From contig OZ244732.1 in assembly GCA_965219345.1 (NCBI GenBank), positions 1,632,001-1,696,000 of the forward strand: DNA of 64,000 nt, written 5' to 3'. The stretch comes from Nitrosopumilus sp. GTDB taxonomy: Archaea > Thermoproteota > Nitrososphaeria > Nitrososphaerales > Nitrosopumilaceae. The notes below the pieces were generated by a model that had not been told where the DNA came from, ran no database searches, and saw nothing but the letters and a program-made list of their open reading frames with translations. This document shows positions 21,909-32,813 of this stretch, piece after piece (position 1 is the first letter of the stretch; every line of letters starts with the position of its first letter). The position numbers and the translations under genes were made by a program.

Positions 21909-23324
21909 TTAAATGGTTTCTGGGACAAACATCCCCAAACCAAAATGAGCACCATGGCCAAAAGATAGAGGCCCTTGTATTTCCTCATCAAATTCAATCA
22001 ATACATCATATGCGCCAAATCCTGCAAGTTTGTCCTTTCTCCAACGACTAAACTGGATTGGTTTTAAGCCACATTTCATAGTAGAGGTGCTATCATTAAT
22101 TTCAATATTTTTGATTTTTGCTGTATCGCAAAATCTCCTTTTAATCTCCAGTCTTATCTGATCTTCTGGACCATCAACTATGTGTTTTTCCCCTTTACCT
22201 CTTACCTTGACATGTCTATTAAGTACAAATGGTGTAACAGATCTCCATCTTTTTGATTTTTGCAAAATTAAAATTTTTTCGAAATCTTCGAGTTCTCCGT
22301 ATCCCTGAAATACCAGACTAAATCCGTTTTGACCATATTGAACATGTCTCATAGAGGCTAATGCGTTCATCTCCTTTTCACCAAATGGATCTTTTGCAAC
22401 TATTGTTATATGATCTAAAATATTGTCTCCATCCTCATCGGTTGGAAGAAAAAATGCATGTCTATGGTTGTCTTTAAGATATGTGCTATCTGTTTGTTTT
22501 CCTGTGAATACTTGTGATGTCTCATTTTTATTTTCCTTTCCATAAATTGACATAGCAACTCTTCTAAGAAAATCACCCACATGGAGTGATTTAGTAACTT
22601 TTGGCCTTACGCTTCCTGCAATACGATATCTGACGACATTTATCGGTTTTGGTGGTACTGATGTGCTTTCCAACTGTTTTGTAAGCAAGTCCTTTGGAAG
22701 CCCATACTGTATCCATTTACTCCCCGGAGGATTCATAATTTTTTCTTTGTGAAGATCTCCAGTCTCAACGCAAATGTCCTCAAATGATACATTCTTGTTT
22801 GTAACTAGAACCTGAACGATATTTTCATTTCCTATGTGTACGTCATCCTCTAACTTGGAACAGTTTGGGGTGGGTGGTTTATCTACGCGTTGTACTTTAC
22901 ACCATGATTCTGCCCGTCCAAAGTATGACATGCTATTGATCACGATATCCAAAATTTCTTCTTGTTTCGTCTCTAATTTGACATCATTCCATATTGCAAC
23001 AACACACTCTTGAGTGTTTATCACCATAAAAGAGTCAATTATCTTTGTGGTTTCTTCTCCTCCCCAAACTGGCATGTAATGTCTAGTATGTGACTGTATT
23101 GCATTTGGCAGGTTAAATGAAACATCACATTCTGAGATAGCCTTTAGTATGGGCCACATTTCATCATATTTTATGTTATTTGATGTTTTTTTCCAAGTTG
23201 CAATTATTGCTCGCAATATACGCCAAGGGGATGGAGGCCAGTCAATTATCCCTTCATTTACATTTCTACCCCACTGTGTTGCATGATATCTACCAGCTAA
23301 AAATCTAAACGATAGTGCAAGCAT
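21909..23324 (-). CDS. csb2: Type I-G Csb2 (Cas5/Cas6 fusion)
   Basis: F.AGRYHATQWG...WPPSPWRILRA, YFGRAESW, HRHAFFLP, W.SVTPFVL, C-terminal GPLSFGHGAHFGLGMF glycine loop. Confidence 0.93.
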   Translation of the reverse strand: MLALSFRFLAGRYHATQWGRNVNEGIIDWPPSPWRILRAIIATWKKTSNNIKYDEMWPILKAISECDVSFNLPNAIQSHTRHYMPVWGGEETTKIIDSFMVINTQECVVAIWNDVKLETKQEEILDIVINSMSYFGRAESWCKVQRVDKPPTPNCSKLEDDVHIGNENIVQVLVTNKNVSFEDICVETGDLHKEKIMNPPGSKWIQYGLPKDLLTKQLESTSVPPKPINVVRYRIAGSVRPKVTKSLHVGDFLRRVAMSIYGKENKNETSQVFTGKQTDSTYLKDNHRHAFFLPTDEDGDNILDHITIVAKDPFGEKEMNALASMRHVQYGQNGFSLVFQGYGELEDFEKILILQKSKRWRSVTPFVLNRHVKVRGKGEKHIVDGPEDQIRLEIKRRFCDTAKIKNIEINDSTSTMKCGLKPIQFSRWRKDKLAGFGAYDVLIEFDEEIQGPLSFGHGAHFGLGMFVPETI

Positions 23325-23332
23325 GTTATTTT

Positions 23333-24304
23333 TTATGAACCCTGTTTACTTTTATTTTTTGTTTCATATTTGATGCTAATTGACTTATTTGGATCGAACT
23401 TACATTTAGATATAAGATCTTTTATCTTCGAGTTTAATTCAGACATGTCAGGTAATGTAAATCCTTCAGGAGATATAACTTTGGGTTCACTCTTAATCTG
23501 AAGATCGCATGCAGTTCGCAAACGCAATCCTGTTTCCAAGAATTTTTGAATCTTCCACAATGCCAGATTTATCAGTAATTCTGTCTGATGTTTTTCAAGA
23601 CAGTAACTCCTTATCTGTTGTAAATCTAGATTAAAAAATGCTGTTATGGATTCGGCAGTGTATTCTATACGTGAAAATGGAACGTTTCCTTGACCTTTTG
23701 ATGCACCACCTGTATCATCATCCTTACCTGGCTTAACATGATCAATTTTTGCACCACCACTTGTAACATTCTTTACATTTTTTGCCTCTATGAATGCTGA
23801 GAGTGCACGTGGAATTTTTATTCTTCCTTCCGCAATTTTTTTTGCAATCCAAACTCCATGTAACAAAGAATTAACATCCAATTCAAATATCAAAGGAGAT
23901 GTTTTAACAAGATCCGTGTTCCATCTTCCATCTTTATTTTGTAATCCATTTAATTTCTTTTTGATTTCCTCATTGCCACCTTCAAGGATATAAAACGAAC
24001 CGATTCGATGTGATTCACGAACTGAATTTGTTATTTGTTCATTATTGATATTGTTGACCTTTATCATTGGCAATCCATTTAATTCATCAACAAAGTTTGT
24101 CTTGTCTTTGTTCAAGCAAACTTCTTCCAAACGATTTGCCATTGATTGTGGTGATTCAACTAAAAGTGATATTGTGCTGTCATGTAATGGAATCTCAGCT
24201 GCACCCAAGTCTGGAAATCCAGTTGGCTGGAATCTATCTCCTTGTATAGGCTTTAATTCCACTTCTAATAATAATCTGCCACTGTTCTCTAAACTGTCAC
24301 TCAT
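23333..24304 (-). CDS. csb1: Type I-G Cas7 (Csb1)
   Basis: DRFQPTGFPDLGAA, LLVESPQSMANRLE, SHR, DVNSLLHGVW, GNVPF, LRLRTACDL. Confidence 0.94.
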   Translation of the reverse strand: MSDSLENSGRLLLEVELKPIQGDRFQPTGFPDLGAAEIPLHDSTISLLVESPQSMANRLEEVCLNKDKTNFVDELNGLPMIKVNNINNEQITNSVRESHRIGSFYILEGGNEEIKKKLNGLQNKDGRWNTDLVKTSPLIFELDVNSLLHGVWIAKKIAEGRIKIPRALSAFIEAKNVKNVTSGGAKIDHVKPGKDDDTGGASKGQGNVPFSRIEYTAESITAFFNLDLQQIRSYCLEKHQTELLINLALWKIQKFLETGLRLRTACDLQIKSEPKVISPEGFTLPDMSELNSKIKDLISKCKFDPNKSISIKYETKNKSKQGS

Positions 24305-24328
24305 AAGATATCTAAGAATAGTCCATTA

Positions 24329-26482
24329 TTAAATTATATTGTATTTGATTCTGGGTTTTGCAATATGGTTAATCAGTTTCTCCATATCTGATTTATGTAA
24401 TGGAAAAAGAACAGCAGCTGTAAGTTTACTTATCATATGTTCTGGTATCTCCTGTGTTGAGTTTGATGAATACTTTGAGCTATCATATGTCAATATACTT
24501 GTACCAGTTATGTAAAGACGGCGCTGTGATATCTTGTGTGCTAAATTTATCTTACCTGATTTTAGCAGTCCTACTATAGATGGCTCAAATTTTGTAATAT
24601 TAGGGTCAAATGAGACTGGAGGAAAGTTTGACTTTATGGATATATATGTCTCTGGTATGAGCTCAGGAATTTCCCATATTTCTCTATAATTCTCATAGTC
24701 TAAATGATTATCATAATTAATCATTGAAAGTGGAAGTAATAGATTGCTTATCTTTTCATAGTCCAATTGACCATTTAGGAATAACAATACATCATTTACA
24801 GGCGCAGATACTTTTGATTTCAGTGGGATTGTTTTAAATTTTTGTATTTGGGCATCAATACATCGTCTTTCTAATACTGCAATCATGTTTTTAACGGTAT
24901 TGTTTTTATTCCATACTGCATGAGGACTTGATGGCTTCCATTCTAGTTTGTGGGTATACCTTATCTGCTCTAAATTGTATCTTATAGGATACTGTCCATC
25001 ATCATCTAAAATTGATGCCAAGGATACAGCAAGTCTGAATTCAGGTGTTTTATCATAACATGCACTTAGCCAATCAAAGGATAATTTCTGGAATGGTTGA
25101 ATCTTTTCTCTGATGGATGAGGAATTAGATATGATCCATTCTATCTTTCCTAAAATGATCAGGATCTCTTGCAAATATTGTTCCTTAGGATGTGTACAGA
25201 ATTTTATGATTGCGCCATCTATGTTACGTAATAATGATCTTATTGTTATTGGGAGGTTCTTCACTTTGCGGATTTTTTCCAACCACTCATCTATGTCTGT
25301 CAATAAATTGACTTGATGGTTTTTTATAGTATCTATCCTACCTAAACTAGTAGCAAGAAACGCCAATCCTTTTCTTTCAAACACACCAAATCTTTGAAAT
25401 CCGTATATGCCTCGCTCTGTACCCAAGCTTGTCAATGCTCTAACAAAATCAGTACCTGTGCTGGAATGTTTTTTGCCAATCTGTGATCTTCCTTCATTGA
25501 AGATATATTTTATTTCATCATATGTTGCAGGATTATCCCAGAGTGGAATCCATAACTCACCTCTAGACTTTTCTGCAGAGGATGAACCATATCCTGCCAT
25601 GGACGAATGCACTGTGAATGGGAATGCAGCTTTTGTTAAAATAGAACGGCGTGATACACTGCCTGCAAAAAGCAGGGTTCCCTCTATCATGAGAATATAG
25701 TCCCACGGATTTATCAATGATATTTTTTCTTTTTCGAAACCGGCACTTGTACAGTTTGATCCCTTGTATCCGTCAGGGTAAAAATATGCAGAGCTATTCT
25801 CCATTAACTTTACAGAATTACCAAACAACGAACCTTTAATCCAGTCTTTCTTCTCATCATCGGTGGAATTTTTATCTGGTAAAATACATTTACATATACA
25901 TTTCATAAAATTTTCTGAAATCTCAAAATTTCCATCATTTCCACAACTTCCTAAAATGGTACCATACGATGGTTTTGTAGATGTAATGACATACATTGCA
26001 TCAAACCAAGGTACTAATTTTTCAGTAATCTTGTTGCGGAATTGACTGAGCAGTAGATCTTTGTTATTCTTTATTTTCTTTTTGAGTTCTTTCATACGCT
26101 CCTCATCTTTTTTCTTGATTAGTTCAGCATATTCAGAAATGTTATCTTGGAGAATTTCTCGTACGTCTTCAAAAACCTCACAATACTCCTTTAAACGTTT
26201 ATTGTCTGATTGTTCTATCTCATACACAACAGAGTTGTCCACATCAAAAAAACCACTACCTCCATTCCAAGGGGATACTAGTGGTGTTGGTTTATACTGT
26301 TTTAGAAAAAAATCAAGTAATTCATCTTTGCTCAATTTTGTATGCAATACAAACACGTCTCTTTCCCAGTTTGCCGTAATTTCTTGGTCCATCTGTTCTG
26401 CTAGGATGCGAAAAATTCCAAGTGCTTTTAGATTCATCATAAGTGATTCTGGAATACATCCGTCCAGTCGTATGTCTATCAT
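24329..26482 (-). CDS. csx17: Type I-G large subunit Cas8g (Csx17)
   Basis: LKALGIFRIL, YKPTPLVSPWNGGSGF, GNDGNFE, INPWDYILMIEG, RGELWIPLW, PEFRLA motifs. Confidence 0.92.
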   Translation of the reverse strand: MIDIRLDGCIPESLMMNLKALGIFRILAEQMDQEITANWERDVFVLHTKLSKDELLDFFLKQYKPTPLVSPWNGGSGFFDVDNSVVYEIEQSDNKRLKEYCEVFEDVREILQDNISEYAELIKKKDEERMKELKKKIKNNKDLLLSQFRNKITEKLVPWFDAMYVITSTKPSYGTILGSCGNDGNFEISENFMKCICKCILPDKNSTDDEKKDWIKGSLFGNSVKLMENSSAYFYPDGYKGSNCTSAGFEKEKISLINPWDYILMIEGTLLFAGSVSRRSILTKAAFPFTVHSSMAGYGSSSAEKSRGELWIPLWDNPATYDEIKYIFNEGRSQIGKKHSSTGTDFVRALTSLGTERGIYGFQRFGVFERKGLAFLATSLGRIDTIKNHQVNLLTDIDEWLEKIRKVKNLPITIRSLLRNIDGAIIKFCTHPKEQYLQEILIILGKIEWIISNSSSIREKIQPFQKLSFDWLSACYDKTPEFRLAVSLASILDDDGQYPIRYNLEQIRYTHKLEWKPSSPHAVWNKNNTVKNMIAVLERRCIDAQIQKFKTIPLKSKVSAPVNDVLLFLNGQLDYEKISNLLLPLSMINYDNHLDYENYREIWEIPELIPETYISIKSNFPPVSFDPNITKFEPSIVGLLKSGKINLAHKISQRRLYITGTSILTYDSSKYSSNSTQEIPEHMISKLTAAVLFPLHKSDMEKLINHIAKPRIKYNII

Positions 26483-28935
26483 GATTTTGATCTTTCATCC
26501 TCACTTGCCCTAGAATCTGCAGCACGTATTACTGCCTCAAGATATGCAAGTTTGAATGGACCATGTTTCTTGAGCAATCCTAATGTTATCTGTAGCCATG
26601 ATCTGCTGTTATCTTTTTTTCCAATTCTTGTAATGGATGCATCTATCTTGATCTCTTTATCTATATTTTCTTGCAATTTTTCCTCCTTACTTTCTTTTGA
26701 TTCTTTCATTTTATTGGATAGGAATATCGAGAGTTTTTCTGTTTCATCCAATTTCATTCCTAGAATATAACTGCCATCAGAATTGATGTATTTTGTGCCT
26801 TTCTTTTCAGGAAGAGAACGCATGGATAGACGCATCTTGCCATGGTGCGATGCAATGAGGTATGCTGCAAGATCTACATCAGTCTGTATATTGAGTTTTA
26901 AAAATGCCAGAGCACTTGCAGCCTCATGTCGAAAATTCTTACGTTCATGATTTGCACGTCCCCCTCTTTTTGCCCAAATCTCATCGCACGACACAGATGT
27001 GTCATCAGTGTTTTTTAGCATTGTATTTTGAAATACAGTATGTGCCTTGCCAATATCATGGTATTTTGCAACAATAATCATGACATCCTTTAGTTCTGTC
27101 AAATGTTCTAGTTGCTCAAGAATCTTTTTTGTCTTGGTAAGCACATGCACTGTATGATCATTGAGTGTAATCCAATCAGAATTCTCTGATATGGGATCTG
27201 AATTCAAAGATTCCTCTTCTGATTCTGATATTGGTTTGGTTTTATTGATATTATCTGGATGTGATTTGTCTTCCAAATCTTTTTCAACTGGTTTTACATA
27301 ATCATCTAATTTCACATGCCATCCTTTCTCTTCAGTGTATCCTCCACTTTTGGAATATATCAAATACGTCTGACCTGGATGCACATCATAACTCCTTTCC
27401 CAATATCCATCTAGCACATCATATTTCCATATACTATTTTTTTTAATAAATTCTTTTATGTCTGATATTGGCACATTACAAATCTCTTCATTTCGTATCT
27501 TATGTTTTGGCGGTCGCTGTTTTTCATCCCATTCTCTCCATAGGGCACCAACATCTGTAGTTTTTTCTAATGAACGAACATATCTTGATACATCAGTATG
27601 ACTGCCGGAAAGATCAGGAGTACTATCAAACAATCCAAGTACATCAGACTCTCTTATTACTATTTCATGGGTAATTGTTTCATCAATTTTTGGTATGGAT
27701 TTTGGCGAGAGGGATTTGCCTATTGATTTATCTATTTTCTTTTCAGATCTTTCCATATCTTCTTTCTCATATGGGATGTATTGATTTTCTGCAAGCCTTA
27801 TAAAATAAACTTTAGAGTCGTCATGCTCTCCTTTACGGTTACATCTTCCAAATCTTTGTACCATGCTAGACCACGGTGCCATCTCGGTGATCAGAGTCTT
27901 GGCAGAAATGTCAACACCTGCTTCAATTACCTGTGTAGATACTATGATCATATCCTGTTTTTCATCGGATTTTTCTGAGATATTCTGAATCTTTTTGTTT
28001 ATGTTTGCCCTCTCTTTTCTTCTGAATCGAGAATGTATCAACATTATGTCTGTTTTTTCTGAGATTTTTTTCAATTCTTCAAAAAGGCTCTGAGCTCGCT
28101 TTACAGTATTTACTATGATCAAGGTAACTGTTCCAGTATCATGTTTCTTTTTGATCTCTATTGCATCATTTTTTGTGTACTCATCTTTGTGTTTCGAAAG
28201 TTTTAATTCCTCTAGTCGTTTTTTTGCATTGTTGCGCTTTGAAAGAGATTCGTTTTCTGTATCTTCTTTGGACAACTCAAACTTTGTATATTTCTCAGGA
28301 TCCGAGTCCACAGTCTTCAACCATTGAGGGTTTATAGTAGCTGACATCCACACTGTCTTGTGTGGTGCATATGTCTTCTTTCTATCTCTAAACTCCTCTA
28401 ATTGTATAGATGTGGCAAGCCCGTTATGCATAAGTTGAATCTCATCCATTATCCACAGGCAATCATTGTTTAACAATCCAAACTCAACTGGCCATTGAAA
28501 TGGATTCATAGCATATCCTCTATTCAGTGCACGTGAAAGAAGCATGTCCTGAGTACCAATTATAATTGCATCGCTTTCAGGATATAGCCTATAATCATAT
28601 TCTGCGTTTCCGCCCATAATAGTGATCACTTTGATTTTATTTTCTAGTTTGAGGTTCTCAATCCATCTCTTAACTTTAGACACTGTTTGCTCTACTAAAA
28701 CGCGCATAGGCAAACAATAGACTAGTCTTCTTGGTGTGTTTTTGCGAACATCTTGATTTGAGTAAATACGTCTCCATACATATATTGCAAGTACTGCAGC
28801 TTCTGTTTTGCCTGCACCTGTAGGAATGCTGAGAATCTCCGAAATGTCTTTTGCGTTTGCTAATTTTTCTTGATAGGGATATGGTGCGAATCCACTTGCA
28901 TTTTTGAAAAACTCCTTAAATGTAATCTGTTCCAA
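26479..28935 (-). CDS. cas3: Type I-G Cas3: SF2 helicase with C-terminal HD nuclease
   Basis: PTGAGKT, DEIQ, MSAT, QRFGRCNR; C-terminal HDIGK, RHEAAS, HHG, RAAD; HD-after-helicase order is diagnostic of I-G. Confidence 0.96.
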   Translation of the reverse strand: MEQITFKEFFKNASGFAPYPYQEKLANAKDISEILSIPTGAGKTEAAVLAIYVWRRIYSNQDVRKNTPRRLVYCLPMRVLVEQTVSKVKRWIENLKLENKIKVITIMGGNAEYDYRLYPESDAIIIGTQDMLLSRALNRGYAMNPFQWPVEFGLLNNDCLWIMDEIQLMHNGLATSIQLEEFRDRKKTYAPHKTVWMSATINPQWLKTVDSDPEKYTKFELSKEDTENESLSKRNNAKKRLEELKLSKHKDEYTKNDAIEIKKKHDTGTVTLIIVNTVKRAQSLFEELKKISEKTDIMLIHSRFRRKERANINKKIQNISEKSDEKQDMIIVSTQVIEAGVDISAKTLITEMAPWSSMVQRFGRCNRKGEHDDSKVYFIRLAENQYIPYEKEDMERSEKKIDKSIGKSLSPKSIPKIDETITHEIVIRESDVLGLFDSTPDLSGSHTDVSRYVRSLEKTTDVGALWREWDEKQRPPKHKIRNEEICNVPISDIKEFIKKNSIWKYDVLDGYWERSYDVHPGQTYLIYSKSGGYTEEKGWHVKLDDYVKPVEKDLEDKSHPDNINKTKPISESEEESLNSDPISENSDWITLNDHTVHVLTKTKKILEQLEHLTELKDVMIIVAKYHDIGKAHTVFQNTMLKNTDDTSVSCDEIWAKRGGRANHERKNFRHEAASALAFLKLNIQTDVDLAAYLIASHHGKMRLSMRSLPEKKGTKYINSDGSYILGMKLDETEKLSIFLSNKMKESKESKEEKLQENIDKEIKIDASITRIGKKDNSRSWLQITLGLLKKHGPFKLAYLEAVIRAADSRASEDERSKS

Positions 28936-29206
28936 GCAGCTATCAATCCTCCATGATTATTGATTATTGTTAACTATGAATATCTTTCCAAATATGGGGA
29001 CTACAGTTATCGGATATGAGTATTCATATTTTTATAATTTCATTCTTGCTGACAGAAGGTGTTGGGAATGTGTTGTATACCATACCTGCCAAATATCTTA
29101 ATCGACTTTCTAATTTTCCACCAATAGTTCTAAACCAAACCATGTTACATCCTTTATTAATAACGCCACACACAAGTTATTTTATCTGTGCCTGTCTATC
29201 CATACC

Positions 29207-29910
29207 ATGCCCAACCTCTTTGTCGACATAGAAACGGCGCCTAATATGACTAGTGACCAATATTTTCAGACCAGGCAGGAGATCGAGTCAGGCAAGCTGA
29301 CAAAAGACTCAGAGGACAAAGAAAGATTCTGGAAGTTTGAGAGGGAAGGCCTTACGCCGTTTGATGGCAAGGTGATTCTTATCACCTATAAGGTCAACAA
29401 CGGATACGTCCACAGACTCAAAGAATGGGAGGATGGCAAGGAGGCCATACTGAAAAAATTCTTTGAGATCCCAGTTGATCTGCAAAAAGGTGGAGGTTGG
29501 GATAACAGGCTGAGAATAATAGGCCACAACATACTTGGGTTTGATCTGTTCTTTTTGTGTAACCGCTCAAGAATTTACAAAATTCAAGAGGAGGGGGTCA
29601 TGCTTTAGACCCTTTGTGTTAAAGTCATTGATTGGTATGTGCACCTGAAGCGGGTCAGCACCTCAGGCTTGTTTATGATCCATTGATAGAGCCGGTGCTG
29701 GCACACGCATACAGATTTCCAACAAAGGAAACCCTAGGCTCTGGAGAAATCTCGCACTACTGCTAAAAAGAATATGGTAAGATCATAGAATATCCTAAAC
29801 GAGAGTTCATTTACCCAGAACTGTATGCAAAGATAGAGTTAGATGGTCTGACATCAAGGCAGTGTCTTCAAGAATCAATCCGGTGGTACGACGATCTGAA
29901 TCTACTCTGA
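29207..29910 (+). pseudogene. DnaQ/RNase H-like 3'-5' exonuclease, disrupted by an internal inversion, a 1-bp loss and a stop
   Basis: Exo I (LFVDIET) and Exo II (IIGHNILGFD) in 29207-29596; 29597-29694 reads as coding only when reverse-complemented; 29695-29910 continues VLAHAYRFPTKETLGSGEISHYC*KEYGKIIEY... Confidence 0.8.
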
Positions 29911-29988
29911 TTCAAATAAAGTCAGATCATAAGGCATCAGAAGAAACAACAGAAATTCTGCAATAAGGAAATCAGGTTTTTTGTTTAA

Positions 29989-30896
29989 GGTGATTATCAA
30001 TTATTCACCACTAACACATAATCAAGCAATAATGAGAAAGTGTCCTCATCTCTGTTGCTGTATCTCCATTCCATCTCCTTGATGTACAACAGAAACCTTT
30101 CAGAACCAACACCATGATGCTCTGCCATCCTCTCTTTTGCAAAACTCCAAAAAGATTCAGTTCCATTGATGTACATACCACCTTTTCCAAACGTCTTACT
30201 GTGGCCAGCTGACAAGTGACGATATCCACGAAACATCAATGAATCATAACCTTTCGACTTGTCCGCATACACAATGCTTCCTTTCTTTGCTTTCTTGATG
30301 GTTCCAGCAAGCAATGTTTTGGCTTTCACATTAGTGACAGTCTCAATGTGAACCTTTCCTTTTCTCTCCAGTATTCCAAATACTATCGCCTTGTTTTTGG
30401 CACCACGTCCACGATTTCCATTTCTTCTGCCCCAAAAATACGCCGCCTCGTCAGCCTCAATTTTGCCCTTTGGTTTCCTGTCTGATTTTGCAAGATGGTA
30501 CGGTATGGAATACCTGATACAGTCAAATGCATTTGGTGCAGCTGGATAACTGACATCTGCTTCTCTTGCTGCACGTCTTGCACTAATCCCAAGATCAGGG
30601 AGTTTGATTAGAGCCAACCATTTTGTAAAATCAATGTTGATAATGTCAAACCATGTTCCACCAAATGGTCTGAACCTGTTTTGCAACCCTTGCATCTTAG
30701 CTTTCATCTTGAGATGATATGGTAATTTTTGGAATCACATAATGTGCAATGGATTGTGTCTTTCTTTTGGAATTGTCTGCATAGAAATTCCAATGCAGTG
30801 GATTTGTTGTAAATTATTTTGGATAATTCAATTAGATTGGTTGTTTTTCTCAATAATTATGTGAAATTAGTTGGCGGTAATAGGTTTACAATCACC
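29989..30896 (-). mobile_element. IS1595-family element, degenerate
   Basis: ISXO2-like DDE transposase; imperfect terminal inverted repeats GGTGATT.../...AATCACC; no target duplication visible. Confidence 0.8.
29997..30853 (-). pseudogene. IS1595 transposase pseudogene
   Basis: N-terminal Zn ribbon (CTLCDS...RCKGC) cut off by stop and frameshift; core IEADE, GRGAKNKAIVFGILER, VYAD, INGTESFWS, EMEWRY. Confidence 0.85.
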
Positions 30897-31319
30897 AATT
30901 CATAATCCAGAATAAAGTTACAAAATAGAGATATTCCATATTTTACAAGCTCGGTAGATTTTACAGATTTACAGTTCGAGGTCACATTATTTTACATAGT
31001 GGAGGCGATGGATAATAGATCATATTTTTTCCATATTCTACACACACTTACATGAAAATGGTCTATTTTCAACCACGGACACCACAATTCACACATTAGC
31101 CAAATTAAATCATGCCCCCATGGCGGAAATAGTAAATGGCAAAAAATTGTCTCACTTTGGTTTGGGTATGTTTATACCATACAATAAGCCAGACAAGTCT
31201 TGATCATAACTAATTCTCATTTTCAATGCCTGGAATTAATTGATGGTTAGTATCTGATTGCAGTTTGTTGAAGAGTTCTACCAAGAAACAATTTTTAGAT
31301 ACAATACTATCTACACCAT

Positions 31320-32048
31320 ATGACACGCCCAAAAATTACCAAATCGCTTAAAGGTGCTCTTGGTGAGACATACTACAAGGAGCTATGCTCACAAAGAGGT
31401 TGGGCATACTGCTCGCTTGAGACCATACACGGTTGCAAAAATCTTGGTGACGTTGTTTTTAAGATGGGTTTTGAGAGGTTTCGAGTACACATTCCAGAAT
31501 CCATAAGACCCGAGGTTCTTCAAATATCAGAACCATCCAACCGTTCTTCTTATAATCCAAGCTTTGTGTTTGACTATCTTGCATGTAAAATAGAGCAAGC
31601 AAACACCTCACATATCCAGCATCCAAGCGATTTCTGCTGGGCAGAAGTAAAGACCGGGTTGGGAATATTCTCAGACAGTCAATACAAGACATTATCAGAC
31701 ATACGCCTGCCGATTGCTGTCTTTTACATAGAGAATGTTTTGAGCAAGCCGGAGTATATCGACATGGATTTTGACATGATGACAGGGAAGGCATTTGCGC
31801 GCACTTTGACAAGTACAGAGGATGAATATGAGAACAACAATGGAAATATCTATGGTAATAGCCCGGATAACAACTATAGGAATAGCTACAATAACAAACA
31901 TGGCTCACAACTACATGGGATAATGGCAAAATTCAGCAGCATGTGCAAAATATGTAAACGTAAAATAACAGCAGGTAAGGACAGAGTTGCACAAGATAGA
32001 TACTCAAATTGGGTTCATGTAAGATGTGCTTCACAAAAAAGATTTTGA
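31320..32048 (+). CDS. Putative PD-(D/E)xK nuclease with Asn-rich linker and C-terminal Zn finger
   Basis: KGALGE, FDYL, AEVKT motifs; C-terminal CKIC...WVHVRC. Confidence 0.65.
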   Translation: MTRPKITKSLKGALGETYYKELCSQRGWAYCSLETIHGCKNLGDVVFKMGFERFRVHIPESIRPEVLQISEPSNRSSYNPSFVFDYLACKIEQANTSHIQHPSDFCWAEVKTGLGIFSDSQYKTLSDIRLPIAVFYIENVLSKPEYIDMDFDMMTGKAFARTLTSTEDEYENNNGNIYGNSPDNNYRNSYNNKHGSQLHGIMAKFSSMCKICKRKITAGKDRVAQDRYSNWVHVRCASQKRF

Positions 32049-32053
32049 GAGAA

Positions 32054-32338
32054 TCATGCAAACCAGTTTTGAGATCCTGCAGAGTTTACCATCATGTTCA
32101 TTTTCAAAACTGCCCATACTGTTTTACAGCATTCCAAAAAGGAATACTTAGATGTGCCGAATCTGCATTCTATTTTAGCCCTTACTGCATCGGACATGGA
32201 TTTTTCAAATGAAAATATGTTATACAATCTATCAATAGTACTTGCACGTGATGATTGGGTTTCATTGCCAAACACTTCTGCTAGAAAGATAGAGGAGTCC
32301 ATGCAAACAGAAACATTGCTTAGTTTATGCAAGAACAA
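32054..32338 (-). pseudogene. Possible truncated PIN-domain protein
   Basis: N-terminal VCMDSSIFLAEVFGNE resembles PIN strand-1 motif; too short for a full domain. Confidence 0.35.
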
Positions 32339-32469
32339 TCGAAAAGAATCTGCTACTTGAGCGTCTTAGTGACCTCGATGATGCAAAACCTGTATTTGAA
32401 GGTAGGATGACAAACGTAAAACTGCTGTCCAATTCTGGAATCATAAAGGGCGCGGATCCAACATTGCCT

Positions 32470-32640
32470 TAGACTTTTGCCGATGCAGTCACTCCGCACA
32501 AGCAGGCAGAATACGGAATTCCGCTTGAAAGCATCGAATGTAGTTGTTCCTTACAGCTGATGTTGAGTGCCAACGGACAGGGTGCAATATGCGTGTAGGA
32601 ATAAGCGTCTCTGACAGGAATCACCCATTTGATCTGATGA
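32470..32640 (+). pseudogene. Remnant of a thaumarchaeal cell-surface Cys-rich module
   Basis: VTPHKQAEYGIPLESIECSCSLQLMLSANGQGAICV* resembles the SPLKQ...GI...C...CV module; bounded by stops. Confidence 0.45.
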
Positions 32641-32813
32641 GATAAAATGCCTGTCGTAAGCTGCAGAAGAGATCATCGTGTTTTTGTTGCAATATTTTTG
32701 ATCTCGGTGGCTTTGCTACATTATGATACATGTATTTCTAAACTCGAATTTAAAAATATTATAAACCTACATGCCTAAAACAACATAATATTAGGCAAGA
32801 CAGCATCCAGACC

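Noticed and set aside
27297-27314. 17/18-nt match between the 6662-6696 insert and cas3, and a 13-nt match in cas8g near 25000
   Set aside because: Driven by low-complexity (CAT)n in AT-rich DNA and intragenic; not enough to claim cas autoregulation, but worth a formal test
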